Part shown: positions 47,695 through 59,481 of the stretch, in pieces | How the letters are laid out: each line of letters opens with the position of its first letter | Position numbering within the stretch: the stretch's first letter is position 1 | From: Ramazzottius varieornatus | Taxonomy: Eukaryota > Animalia > Tardigrada | Length of the DNA stretch: 64,000 bases | Direction: 5' to 3' | Assembly (NCBI GenBank): GCA_001949185.1 | Contig: BDGG01000018.1 | Span: 558,001-622,000, forward strand | Translations under genes and position numbers: made by a program | Notes under the pieces: generated by a model | Told to the model about the DNA's origin: nothing | What the model saw: the letters and a program-made list of their open reading frames with translations, nothing else | The model's database searches: none

Positions 47695-50600
47695 ATGAGC
47701 GTGTGGATGGTCATCCTTCGTCTTGAGCTTCCGACCGAAGCTCGATCTCCGGCCAGCTTTGACTTTGCCAGTAAGTAACTGCCTCTTGCCCTATCATATT
47801 ATTGTCGTAACCTCTCTTCATGTATCGTTTCAGCTGAGCGCCATTCGAAGCAACTATACGAGCCCGTTGTACCACGCTTCTACGACAGTAAAGCCGAGTT
47901 CCAAGCAGCTGTCAAGAGAGCGCGTGGTAAACGCAACTTCCGCTCGTATCGCATCGAGACATATAGCCCGGCCGACGTTGCCAAAAGGACCATGGCTCAA
48001 GGAGCCAACGAGAAGCCGGCTATTCGATCCCGACATACATCCATGAGATCGGACACTGGAGGAGATTCGGCTTCGGAAAGCGGTGTTTCAAGTAAGAAGT
48101 CGAAACCAATCTGCTGTCATCAAAAATTTGCTCTTGTCTGACGCTTTTTGCTCTACAGACGACGAATACTGTGTACAGTTCTATTATGGAAATCCAAGCG
48201 TCGAAATGGTCAAAGGAGTCTTGCATCTGTTTCGCGAGAAGTGAGTTAAAAACTGTTCGAAACTAGGATCTGAAATAGACTTGACAAGATTGTTTTCTAA
48301 AGTGGCGCACGCGTTCAGTCAAGAAGACTGTAAGTGTGCGCCACATGGGAAAGCGATCTTGTCGAGCTGCAATTTATCGTTGGTACTTGACATCAAGTCG
48401 TCCCGAATTTCGGTCAATGGTATCTTGGACTCTTGGCCTGGTAACTTTCTACACTACTTGCTGTTTTAGTGAGCGCACGTCACTGAAGCCCAACGTTGCC
48501 CGAAGTTCCCTTCTGTGTATGCTGGCCGTTCCTGCATACCTGTCCACACATGATCTTCTCCGCTTCGCTGCACCCTTCGCGTACGTAGTCTCCTTCTCAC
48601 TTCCCTATAGGCCTTCCCCAAGTCGTATTCATTCGTTGCCGAGTCGCTTAACCGGACTGTGAACTGGTTAACTAGAATTTTTCTTCCCTTGTAGGGCCGA
48701 AATTGAAAGGCTAAAAATCATACGAGACCAGACACCGAACCAGTACATGGTTTTACTACGCTTCCGAAGCCAGGTATAAGAATTCATTTAGGTTATCTTG
48801 TTATCCAACGTATGGCGCAACATCGACTGGACGTTTTTCTACAATGCATTCTTTTTTCATTGGCAGGAGTCTGCCGACTTGTTTTACGACCATTTCAACG
48901 GAGTACCTTTCACATCCATCGAACCGGGCATCTGCCATTTGGCCTATGTGGCCAAAGTGGACTGTGTCCAAGACATGGAGGTAACAGTACAAAGTGCACT
49001 TTAAAAAACCAGAAAGAAGCTTACTTGATTGCTCATGCGGATTTGTCCGTGTAGGGTGGTGGAATGAGTCTGAAGGGCGTCACGGAGTTGCCGACCTGCG
49101 CTTTCTGTCTGGAGAGAATGGTAACAAATTCTCCCACATCGTGTCTCTTGACACCGACAACTATCTGTGCGGCAGACGGAAAATGACCACTTGAGTTTTC
49201 TAGGATGAAGCAGCCAATGGGGTCCTGACTATTTTGTGTAATCATTCCTTCCACAGTGCCTGCTTGGACCAGTGGGTCGATTCAAGCTGTCCGGTATGCC
49301 GCTACTTTCAGACGCCGCAGATGGCGGAAGAACAGGCCTGCTCGACCTGCGGCATGTCATCCGATGTGAGTAGTACAACCTCCCAGGCCACAGACAACAA
49401 ACGATGCTAACCCACAGCGCACCTTCTCATGGCTAATGGCTGAGAGGATGCGCCACTTGACAAAACAACCTGGTCGGCTTGACTCTTTTCCCAAGTGGCG
49501 CACTATTACGGCGTTACTTGGCTCATAGCGTGCGCCACTTGCAAAAGCCATCTTGTCGGTCGCGATTACTTTCCCAAGTGGCGCAGGTTTTTACTGTTAT
49601 TGGTCGAGAATGTGCGCCACTTGGCAAACTCCTGGGTTCTTTGTCAAGCAGTCGTTTGATTTTGAGGTTCTATCTTTCGTAGGATCTGTGGTTATGTGTG
49701 ATATGTGGGAATATTGGCTGCGGTCGCTATTCGGACAAACACGCATTTGTGTGAGTCGCTCACCGTAAATCCAGACTTTGTCCTCTCACTTCTTACAAGT
49801 TGTGTTTTTTCGTGTCTGTCATGCAGACATTTTGAAGAGACGCAGCACACGTACGCCCTGAACATGAAAACGCAACGGGTATGGGACTACGTGGGAGACG
49901 GATACGTTCATCGGCTGATCCAGGGCCAAGATGCCGACAACAAGGTGGTAGAGTACCAAGCCGGAAGTGGACAGCAGGATGAGAAGCTCGAATCGATTAC
50001 TCTCGAAGTAAGTCTAAGACAAGCTTGAATGGTGGACAAAAGGAGAGGTTCCATTCGAGAACACGCTGAATGGCTTTCTAGTATACGTACCTCTTAACGA
50101 CTCAGTTGGAGTCGCAAAGACATTACTTCGAAGAACGGATAGAAAATCTGGCTCGCGCTGGCGAGGAAGAACGCGAAAAGATGAGGAGAAACTTTGACGA
50201 GCTCTTTGCGAAAGAAAAGCAGCTTTCTGAACAGCGGAGGATAGAAGCCTTGTGTGCTGCGGAACGACGGGCGGAAGAGCTGGGGCAAGAGCTTGAGGCT
50301 AGGCTGACGAAAGAACGCGACGCTTTAGACAAGAAGTACCAACAGGTGCGACCATTTAAAATCCTATAGATGTTTGGGCCGGCAGGTGAGGAATCCAGAC
50401 AGATCATTTTTCAAAGTGGCGCACGTTTGCTGTTAATAACACTGCAGGCATGCGCCACTTGGGAAAACGAACAAGATCGCTTTCCGCAGTGGCGCACGCT
50501 GTTGGATAGTAACAATGAGAATGTGCGCCACTTGACAAGACGATCTGGTTGGAACTGTTTGCCTACGTCCCGTTTGTGGAAGGCTTTAAAGACGGTGTTG

Positions 50601-51018
50601 CTTAGACGGTGACGAAACTGGTCAAGGTGACGAAAGACTTGGAGACTGAGAAACACATGAATGAGTGTCTACGGAGTAATCAGAATGAGCATACTGCGAT
50701 CATTGAGAAACTAAAGAAGGAAAAAGAACTGGCCGCGGCTGAAGCATCGAAGGTATGTCGGAAGCCAGCATCATTTCTATGTGTCGAAGAGCGATGAGAG
50801 CGTATTGAAGTGATTGTTTGATCCTACAGGAAATAACGGACTTGAAGGAGCAAATTACCGACCTGATGTTCCACATGCAGACTACCAGTCGCGTCGAAGA
50901 GCTGCCTGAGGCCATACGGCAGGAAATCCAGGAGGGTAACATCAACACACAAGCTTCTGCTAGAAGTGGCGCCAGCACTTCTTCGGCCAAAAGCAGAGCA
51001 AGACGGAGGAACGAATGA
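47695..51018 (+). CDS. BRAP: BRCA1-associated protein (BRAP2/IMP RING-H2/ZnF-UBP E3 ligase), multi-exon
   Basis: [71 protein letters not shown], coiled coil. Confidence 0.92.
48274..48378. repeat. GGCGCA-N27 palindromic element, 1 unit (BRAP intron)
   Basis: GACAAGATTG..AAGTGGCGCAC..GTGCGCCAC..CGATCTTGTC. Confidence 0.85.
49380..49645. repeat. GGCGCA-N27 palindromic element, 3 units (BRAP intron)
   Basis: Cores at about 49413, 49493 and 49576. Confidence 0.88.
50375..50572. repeat. GGCGCA-N27 palindromic element, 2 units (BRAP intron)
   Basis: Cores at 50414 and about 50487. Confidence 0.88.
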
Positions 51019-51624
51019 GCTGTCTGAACATTTTTCTGGTTTTATCTCCACAGTGGAAATATGCGGTCTTTCGGGGTAGATGTTATCGTTTTATGGAATT
51101 TCAGTCGAGATGCTATGTTGGTTCGGTAAAAAAGAAGAAGGTATTTCTAAGGAATAAAATGAAACGAAATGGGAGTATTCGTCCACTGCGAAAACTATAA
51201 ACAGATGAGAGAGAATGTATCAAAGAATGTGCTAACATGATGAGATTTCGTAAGAAAGGAGCAAATTCCTGTCAACAATAAAAACATCAAGCATGTTTTC
51301 TGTCGAAAGGAACAAAAATCTGTGGAAGGCTCAACCAGGAACTAAGAATATTCTTTGGCAGTGACGGAGAAGGATTACCCCACGAAATGGATAAACTATA
51401 ATCACAGGATCGAATTCCATGACACGGACACGGACACGGACACGGACTAACAAAGACCCGGAAGTGCAGTTTCTTGCTCATTGGTCTATTCCTGCCGCAT
51501 CTTCTGCAAGACGCTTCGGACGACGCGCAGATCTGTAAGAACGGTCTTGGTAATCTCCTGAGCCTGCTCTTTCCGACTTCCACTGCGTCGTCTCTGAAGG
51601 AGAATGTCAGGGCGTAACAAGAAA

Positions 51625-51826
51625 ATGCCAGCTTGGAAAACAAAGTCAATAGGATTATCTCGTCAAGTGGCGCACTTTCCAGTGCCACTGCTCAACGAAT
51701 GCTCCGCTCAACAAAAAAAACTGTGGCGAGTTTCACTGTTTTTCTCAGAGGGCGCACCTTCCCACTATCATTACCCGGAAAAGTGCGCCACTTGTGAAAA
51801 CGATCTCGTCGAGTTTGTTCACCGTG
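51625..51826. repeat. GGCGCA-N27 palindromic element, 2 units (ATRX-like intron)
   Basis: Cores at about 51665 and 51747. Confidence 0.8.
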
Positions 51827-53003
51827 CCTGTAAATAAGACGCGAAAAATAGTGAAAATATGTATTGCGAAATTACTTGTGAGATGTATTTTGCAATGAAA
51901 GTCTCCAGAGAAGCCATATCAGCAGCAGCGCACAGGAACTTCCCAGCTCGACTTTTAGCAGCATTGAAGAGCTCGGCCAACTTTGCCAGGTCCACCGACG
52001 CTTGTGCAAATGGATTACCCCGGTCCTCAATCGGCGTCTGGCTCGACATCCAGTGGTGCTTGATCTGAGCCAGAACGACGCCATCCAGCGGTGTGTCGAC
52101 GGCAGCACTTGTGCAGGTGACGACGGCAGGCGAGCTTGCGGGACGCTGAGTAGGTGAAGTGTTGGAGGCATTTTCCTGCTGTAGCTGTAGCTGACGAGCA
52201 GCTATTTCCTCTTCCTGGGCTTTCTGTCGCATCGGGCCCACGATCTCTCGAAGAAATCTCATGTCCACCACTAACTTGTTGAAAATGTCCCGGTTCCGAT
52301 CGTCACGGCTTAAATTTCGTCGTGTCTGCAAAGGAAAGCGGAAACGAACGGTCAGCTCAACACTTACTGCGGGTCTTGGTTGAACTTCCTGATCAGGTCG
52401 AACCGTCTATCAGTATCGGTACTTCCGTCAAAGGACAGATAGTTGACGTTGGTTTCAAACCCTATCCGCCGTCAATCGGGCGTCGTCAGCTTCTCCGTAT
52501 CAATACTGACCAGCAACTCTTCCGAACAGTGCAAAACAGCGATGCGATCCGAAAAGATCAACCTAAAGATCACCTCAAGTCAACCACTTATCCACCCAAA
52601 GACTTTTATAACACTGATGTTAGACTTACACTTTGTCATTCAACGCACGAGCTTCCGACAGAATCTGCCGGATAACGATAGCTTTCGCTCCCAGGTTGGT
52701 CACGAACTTGTCACTGGTCGGTAAGAGACCCTCAAACCAGATAGGCAAGACCTTATTGGCCGACAGTGGTTCTACCCTGCACAAGGCCAATATGAATATA
52801 TACAATAGAGAAAAAAACCACTTCCGGTTGATCAATCAGACTTACACTTCATCACTAGGTTCTGCTTCTTCCTCAACGGTCCCGCCGCTCTTCTGGCGCT
52901 CTTTTCCCGCCTTCTTCTTTTTCTTGTTTGTTTCTCTTATTCGTCGGTTCAAGTCTTGCAACAACAACTGAAAGAAAAACAAAGATCGTATCAGTATGGA
53001 TGG

Positions 53004-53282
53004 ATGCTCGGTAAACACATTCGACAGGATTCCTTTTTCATGTGACGCACGCGCACGCTATTACTGACTGATAGCGTGCGCCACTTGATAAAACAAAGCT
53101 GTCGAGCTTGATTGTTTTCCCAAGTACCGCATTTCGTCAGTGTTATTTCATGACAGCGTGCGCCACTGTAGATGATAATCTTGCCGAGTTTGTCTGCTTT
53201 TCTAAGTGGCGCACGTTCACGGTGTTATTAGCTGCGAGCGTGCGCCGCTTGCAACGGTAATTTTGTCGGGTTCCTCTGCGGA
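53004..53282. repeat. GGCGCA-N27 palindromic element, 3 units (ATRX-like intron)
   Basis: Three GGCGCA/TGCGCC pairs at about 82-bp period. Confidence 0.85.
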
Positions 53283-54069
53283 TTACTGTAATTTACAGAC
53301 ATTTTCACGGCTTACTTTCTTTCGCTCTTTTTGTTCTTCCTTCTGCAGACAGCGCGGGTGGAATGTGATCAACTATGCCGTCTTGATGACGGACATGAAT
53401 GGCTTCCTGGCTTTGACGGCTTTGGCTTCATCGGAGCCGTTACAGTGTTTGATGAAGGCTTCGTACAGGTGTGTCTGTTCGGCGGTCAAGCGCAGCGTAA
53501 TCAATTACTTGGTCTTGTTGGGAATGGTCTTGGCCAGGATGGAAGCGCCGCGGATCTGCAAGCAGCCAAACAGCGAATGCCGAAGGATGCTACTGCGTTC
53601 CATCATCAGCCTGACATCGTCCCGAGCAGCTTCCTTCTTGGAGCCTTCAACGATGGGATCGAGGAACTGGATCTTGAACTCTTTGGACGAACCCAGCAAG
53701 GCCGGCTTAACAAAGTTCACCATGGTGTAATCTACCAAACATTCATTCCCATCAATAATTCCACAAAATTAATCTTTTTATTCGGCAATATGTACAACCT
53801 ACATTCATTCAAGTTATTCTGTAGTGGAGTTCCGGTCAAGGCGATGCGAGCTACAATACAGAAAAAATAGACCGTCATCATAGTACCGTTATGCTCTACA
53901 ACAAGAATAAAGCGGACGGTGCTCCCTTACCGTTGGTGTTGATCAACGATACGCACTGCAACGTTTTGCCGGTCTCGCACTTCAACATGTGCGCTTCGTC
54001 ACAGACTAGTATGTCGGGACCTACGCCGAAAGTGTATCTTCAGTGCCTTGTTCTATTATGACGAACTGC

Positions 54070-54190
54070 AAGCTTGGCAAACGAACCCAACAAGATCGTT
54101 TCTCCATGTGGCGCAGACTTTCAGCCAATGACACTGTCAGTGTGCGCCACTTGGAAAAACAGTCTTATGGAGTTTGCTCGTCTAGCTTCC
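54070..54190. repeat. GGCGCA-N27 palindromic element, 1 unit (ATRX-like intron)
   Basis: AGCTTGGCAAAC..GTGGCGCA..CAGCCAATGACAC..GTGCGCCACTTG. Confidence 0.85.
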
Positions 54191-54670
54191 CTTCTACTTT
54201 TCCCCCCAATCCGTCGAGGTTACCTGGGTCGCGTAAGTACGTCAGCAGTTCTCTGTCCAGCTTGCCACTTTCGGCTTGTTGGCAGTAACTGAGGTACAAG
54301 GAGTAGCCCATAATCAGGACTCCGCCGCTTTCTTTCCAGTCCTTTACGACGCTTAGCTGGTTCTTCTTCGTGGAGTTGTCCGTGTCCAGAACGAATGACT
54401 ATCAAATATCACCAAAACTACCGTCTTCCCAAAAGGGTCCACACCAAATACAGCTCAATCACCAACGGCCGGCAAACGCTAACGACACTGCAGCTCTTAC
54501 CTTGAGAGCAACATCCTGTGAAATCTTGGCCATCCATTCTTTCACTTCCGAATCCCAGTTCAGAACGACCGAGGCCGGACAGAGTACCAAGCAGGTTCTC
54601 AGATTCAGCTCCAGCGATGTCAAGACAGCTTGTAGGAACGCCAATGTCTAGAAAGAGGCAACCATCAAGT

Positions 54671-54953
54671 GGGTCCTCTGCAAAAAACACCCGACAAAAA
54701 CTATTTGTCCAAGTGGCGCACTCTTGCGAACAATAACACTGCAGTAGTGCGTCACTGCGGAAACCCCCAATCACAACCGTCAAGACCGCTTTTCCAAGTG
54801 GCGCACGCTTCTAGCCAACAACATCGAAAGCGTGCGCCACTTGAAAAGTCGAACAAAGTCGAAATATTGTTTTCAAGTGGCGCACGCTTTCGATGTTGTT
54901 GGCTGGAAGCCTGCGCCACTTGAAAACAATCGTTCGACTTTGTTTGGAGAGCG
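54671..54953. repeat. GGCGCA-N27 palindromic element, 3 units (ATRX-like intron)
   Basis: Cores at 54711, 54796 and 54875; spacers 2 and 3 are inverted near-copies. Confidence 0.9.
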
Positions 54954-55564
54954 GCATTTGTTGCCCTCAATGACTTTCTTGACGCGTGAGAGCCGCACCT
55001 GTAGAGTTTTGCCGAGTCCCATGGAGTAAGCCAGTATGCAGCCTTGGTACTTGGCTTGCTGTATACGGTCAACGGACTCGATGACATTGCGGTACATGAA
55101 GCGGACGCCCTCTTTCTGATGTGGCTGTAGACATGTCCACAAGTCGGTATGGACTTGGACCGTCACTGGAATAGGTTCTTCCCCCTCCGCTATGACGATG
55201 CTTCCGACATCCAGTACGTTCTCCGCATAGTGCTGTGCAATATCACACAAACTAACTCAAAGAACGTGGACGACAAACAACTCCTCTACTTACATTTTAT
55301 GAACGCTTTTCTTCCCACTCAACCAAACGTTCCAACCGTTCGTCTTCCTGAAAACAAAAGCGCAAGGTGATAGATCCACCGATACCTCATAGCAAGACGA
55401 ATCCTTCCCTGGCTGTCTTACCTCGATTTTTGCCCGCAGACTTTCCGCGTCAAGTTCGTCGTCCGAAAGAATCCTTCGTTTTGGCAGTTTCTGAAATCAC
55501 ACAAAACCAACTGCCTATCATTTCGCTCGCAGCGACCGAAGTAAGACCCGAAAAGACCGGAAAT

Positions 55565-55702
55565 GGCAGCCGAGCAAGCAAACTTGGCACAATCATTTCA
55601 TTAAGTGGCGCACCATTCCAGCCAAGGACACTGGCAACGTGCGCCACTTGTAACGTGCGCCACTTAGGAGAACAATCTGACGAGCTGGATACGCCCAGCT
55701 CC
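55565..55702. repeat. GGCGCA-N27 palindromic element, 1 unit with duplicated right arm
   Basis: AACGTGCGCCACTTGT-AACGTGCGCCACTT tandem. Confidence 0.82.
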
Positions 55703-56684
55703 TAAAACTGCTCTACCTACTGGTGGTTTGATCTTTGGGGACTTGCTGGTACTTGACTTATCCTTGGCGTCCTTGGCCTCGAAGCGAAGACGACGAGCTT
55801 CGAAAATCAGGCCCGTACTAGTACTGGCTTCAGACGGACTTTCCACATCCATCACTTCCACGTCTGCCTCGTCCGACTCCAAACTTCCCACGTCCATGGA
55901 CTCTGTCTCCTCATCGTCCCACACCAGCTTCTCCACTTCCACCAAGGCTGCAGCTGCCCCTTTGGTGGTCCGCTCTTCCGACTTCAACCTCTTGTTAGCC
56001 TTCGCACCGCTCACCGCCGTATCCGACCCGGAAGTCCACGGTAGTAAGACCTTCTGCTTCTGCTGAGACGCGCTGGTCTCATTCCTATCCTTCTTCGGTA
56101 TTACTTTCACCGAACTGCTGGAAGGCGTGTCAGCCTCTTCGGCATCCACTTCGAACGGGCTGGCATTCTTCATTCTAGGCTTCACTTCCTTGTTCTCACT
56201 GACAGTCCCCAAGACCTTACGAACACCTTCCTCTTCCTTCATCCCTGACTCATCTAACTTTCTGCCCGCTGTCAGTTTACCAGACTTGCCTTTGGAGGAA
56301 AGACCTACGTTGCCGAGAAGTTCACGGCCTTGATCTTTGAGTTCTTCATCAGTCATGCCGCAGTTGGCGTAAAGGACGTTGAGCAGCTTCGCGCTGAAGT
56401 CTTCGTTCTCCTGAGAGTCTTCGTCAGTGTCAGGCGTTCTGCAAGCACGAATATCTTTGACCAAGTCTTCAGCGTCGGAAGAGGAATGCTCGTCGATTTC
56501 TTGGTCCTCGTCGTCTCTTTCTTGTTTATTCTCTGGGATTTCCGGTTGGCCACTCTCCCTCGCTTCTCGTTCCTTCTTCTTCTTTTCATCTTCCGCCAAC
56601 TTTTCAGCGGTTTCTTCGGCTGTCAAGAGTTTGAGGAATTCGTCGAAACCCTCGCCTAGAAAGCCGATACTTCGTAAGTTACAG

Positions 56685-56810
56685 GTGGGGACTTGACGTA
56701 CGAACTCGTCAAGGTATTTCTTCCCAAGTGGCGCACGCTTGCCGCCAAAACGACGGTAACCGTGCGCCACTGGAGACAACAGAATGGTCGCGTTTGTTTG
56801 CCCAGCAAAA
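56685..56810. repeat. GGCGCA-N27 palindromic element, 1 unit (intron 56656-56820)
   Basis: CAAGTGGCGCACG..CGTGCGCCACTGG. Confidence 0.82.
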
Positions 56811-59481
56811 GTCGACCTACCGTCGGTTTCCGCGGGTAAGCCTTCGTCGCTACTATCTACAAGGAAATTGCACTTGAACATGATTCATCCTCTCAACGCA
56901 AAACCATACAAGGAAGAGCCTACCGTAAGGATCGAGAGGAACGCTTAAGGAGACGACTCCCGAAAAACCACGTAGCCCCGCCTCACTTTCTTCCGAAGAT
57001 GCACGTCGATGACATTGATGCACCAGTTTTTCGTCATCAAATTCCAAGTCGCCCTGTGACACAGCGCAGAAGATCACCCACATATTCCAGGCTTCGAAAC
57101 AAGCGGCAGTAAGGACGACTAGGTTCGCTGCCACTTACCTCGTGGTCCGAAACACTCATGGCTTCCAACAACTGCGTCAGGGCAGCTTCCTGCAGTGCCA
57201 AACAAAAATCAGACGGATTCAGAACCCACCAGGATTGTCAGATTAAACCAGGAGAAAATATGCTGCTCGGACACTTTAATCACTTACCGCTGTGGCAATC
57301 TTTCGGGCTTTTTCCTCTTTCTTCAACTTTTTCTCTTCGCTCAAATCCTTCCCTTCATAGCCCACACCCAGCGCGGCATCCTCCTTCCCAGTTATGTCGT
57401 CCACCTGTGAAATACCTACCATACCACCCATTTCTCCGGGCTGGCCATCGTCTTCAGCTTCGTCATCAGCATCCTCTGAGTCACTCTCCGATTCTACAAA
57501 TTCATCATCTCGACAGGATACTTCCACATGCTCGAACTAACTTACCAGAAATCAACTTACCAGGTGGTGAGACGTACCGGTTAGGGATACTTTCGTCGCT
57601 TTCATCTTCTTCGCTAGACCAAGCACCAGAATCGTCGCGCGACTCAAGCTCCTCCCTCTTAACCTTCTCGTTCACTTTCTCTAAATTCTCGATGGCTGTA
57701 TTCAGATCCACGTTGTGATCCAACAGTCTTCTCAGAGCTAAGGTCAGCTCGGACGGTCTCTCCACCTCGGCAACGGGCTTCTTTCGCAGCTTTTTGGACT
57801 GCACTTCCGGCGGAAGTACTTGGCTGTTTTCTTCGTCTTCCAGCGACATCGTCGACAACTCATGAACCAGATCAACCTGGCCATCCCTCCCCATGTCTCC
57901 GCCATCATCGTTAAAAACTCCGTTCTCTTCTGCAACTTTCTGGACTTGCTCGAGCGGAACTTCACTCAAAATCCAGAAGCATCTTCGGTTTTGAAGCTGG
58001 AAGCCACGTAGTATTTCGTCGCTTGGTCATCTTGGAAGTTGGACCAGTCGGTCATTTCGTCTTCGCCTTCGTAGCGCTGAGCAGCGTCTTCGTTCAGTGA
58101 ATGGACACCAGAGTCCCGCAACGAGACATGGTTGACATGTTCCGCCGTTTCAGCAGGCTTCGCTCCGATACGAAGTGAGGAAAGGGACTCCTTCAGCGTG
58201 CTGTAAAATTCGACCATCCTGCTGCGACTGGCTGGAACGTACCGTCCTTCCCTGCAAACAAAGCCTCCTTGTACAGGTTCACCTACGCAACCAGAAATAC
58301 TCGGAGAACAAGCTGAATTTACCTGGTCGTCGTTGTGGAAAGACTCGCCGGCCGAGTGAAGGTGGCTATGTCTGGATGAAGACGCAGTAACCGCGCGTCC
58401 TTCGGCCAGACTCATGGTTCCATTGGGCTTGGAAGCTCCTTCAGAAAAGAGCTGAGGCTGTCGGAAGCCGGATTTGTAAACAAACTTGCTGGCTTTGCAG
58501 CCTTTGCTGATGACGGCATCGAAGACGAGGGAAAGCAAACCAGATTGAAAATTATCCATGAAAAACTGGAAATCGAAAAAGCCATGGAAAAAGACTGTTT
58601 CACCAACCAACAATCAGAACTCCACAGGGTGTGTGGCAGCGGAAGTTGCCAAGTGTGGCCAAGGTAGCCGAAGGGTAGACTAGACCGATGGAAGCTTGGA
58701 GAGCAGCACGTCGAACCATGCATTCAAGAACTTTTTGCCGTCAACTAGGTTTCGATTGGCGTAGGTAAATCGCGCTTACTGTCATCACCGATTTTGGCAC
58801 GCCGCGCTGCACAGCGTACCCAGGTGTTCGCCAAACTTTAACCAAGCAAACGTTTGTTCGCTGCTCGCCGCGCCAAAACTCGTTGTGGCTAAAGGTTTTG
58901 GCAAGCCATTGTGAAGGTCGGCACCTGGCGAGTAGCGAACACCCAACACTGGTCTGTTCGTGCTGGTATTGGAACCGGAAGTCAGTTCTGACCGGTGTCC
59001 ACTCTATCCACTGTTAACTGTTTACATTGTCACCGCTTCCAGCTAGCCGCGATGAGGTTCTGGATCACCGGAACGCCCATAAATCCATCGAAAAAATCTG
59101 ACGCAGTTCGAATAAACGGTCCAAAGTACAGATTTTATCGGTTTCGAAAGTTAAGTTCGTTTACTGCTGGAGGATCAGGGCGAAACTAAAAAAGAAGCTA
59201 TGGTATTGATACTGTCGGACTGTATTCCAGGATTAAAGATCGTATGCAGTAGTTTAAGAGTTAGCGTTCGAGTAGGGAAAGAAACTACACAAAACGAGAG
59301 GCGTTGAATGCTAAAGGAATGAGGATAAGGTTTAATATCATGGTAAAAAACAGCAGCTAACGGAAGACAAGAAAAATTCCAAGTGAAGTTCCCTAGTACT
59401 GCACACAAAAGTGGTCACCTTTACGAACATCCCGACCGTTGCCGGTCCACTTCGACCGGCGAAAAGACACTCTTTCCGAAA

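Larger units (their letters stand above)
51486..58415 (-). pseudogene. ATRX/RAD54L2-like SNF2 helicase gene, disrupted
   Basis: [55 protein letters not shown]. In-frame stops: TAA (53505-53507), TAG (about 53374) and TGA (about 52472). Probable frameshift near 57966; motifs V-VI not found. Confidence 0.8.

Noticed and set aside
52400-53510. Stop-codon recoding in the ATRX-like gene
   Set aside because: TAA, TAG and TGA all appear alongside a frameshift, and neighbouring genes use normal stops.
58780-58960. Weak inverted repeats upstream of the ATRX-like gene
   Set aside because: Too degenerate to define an element.
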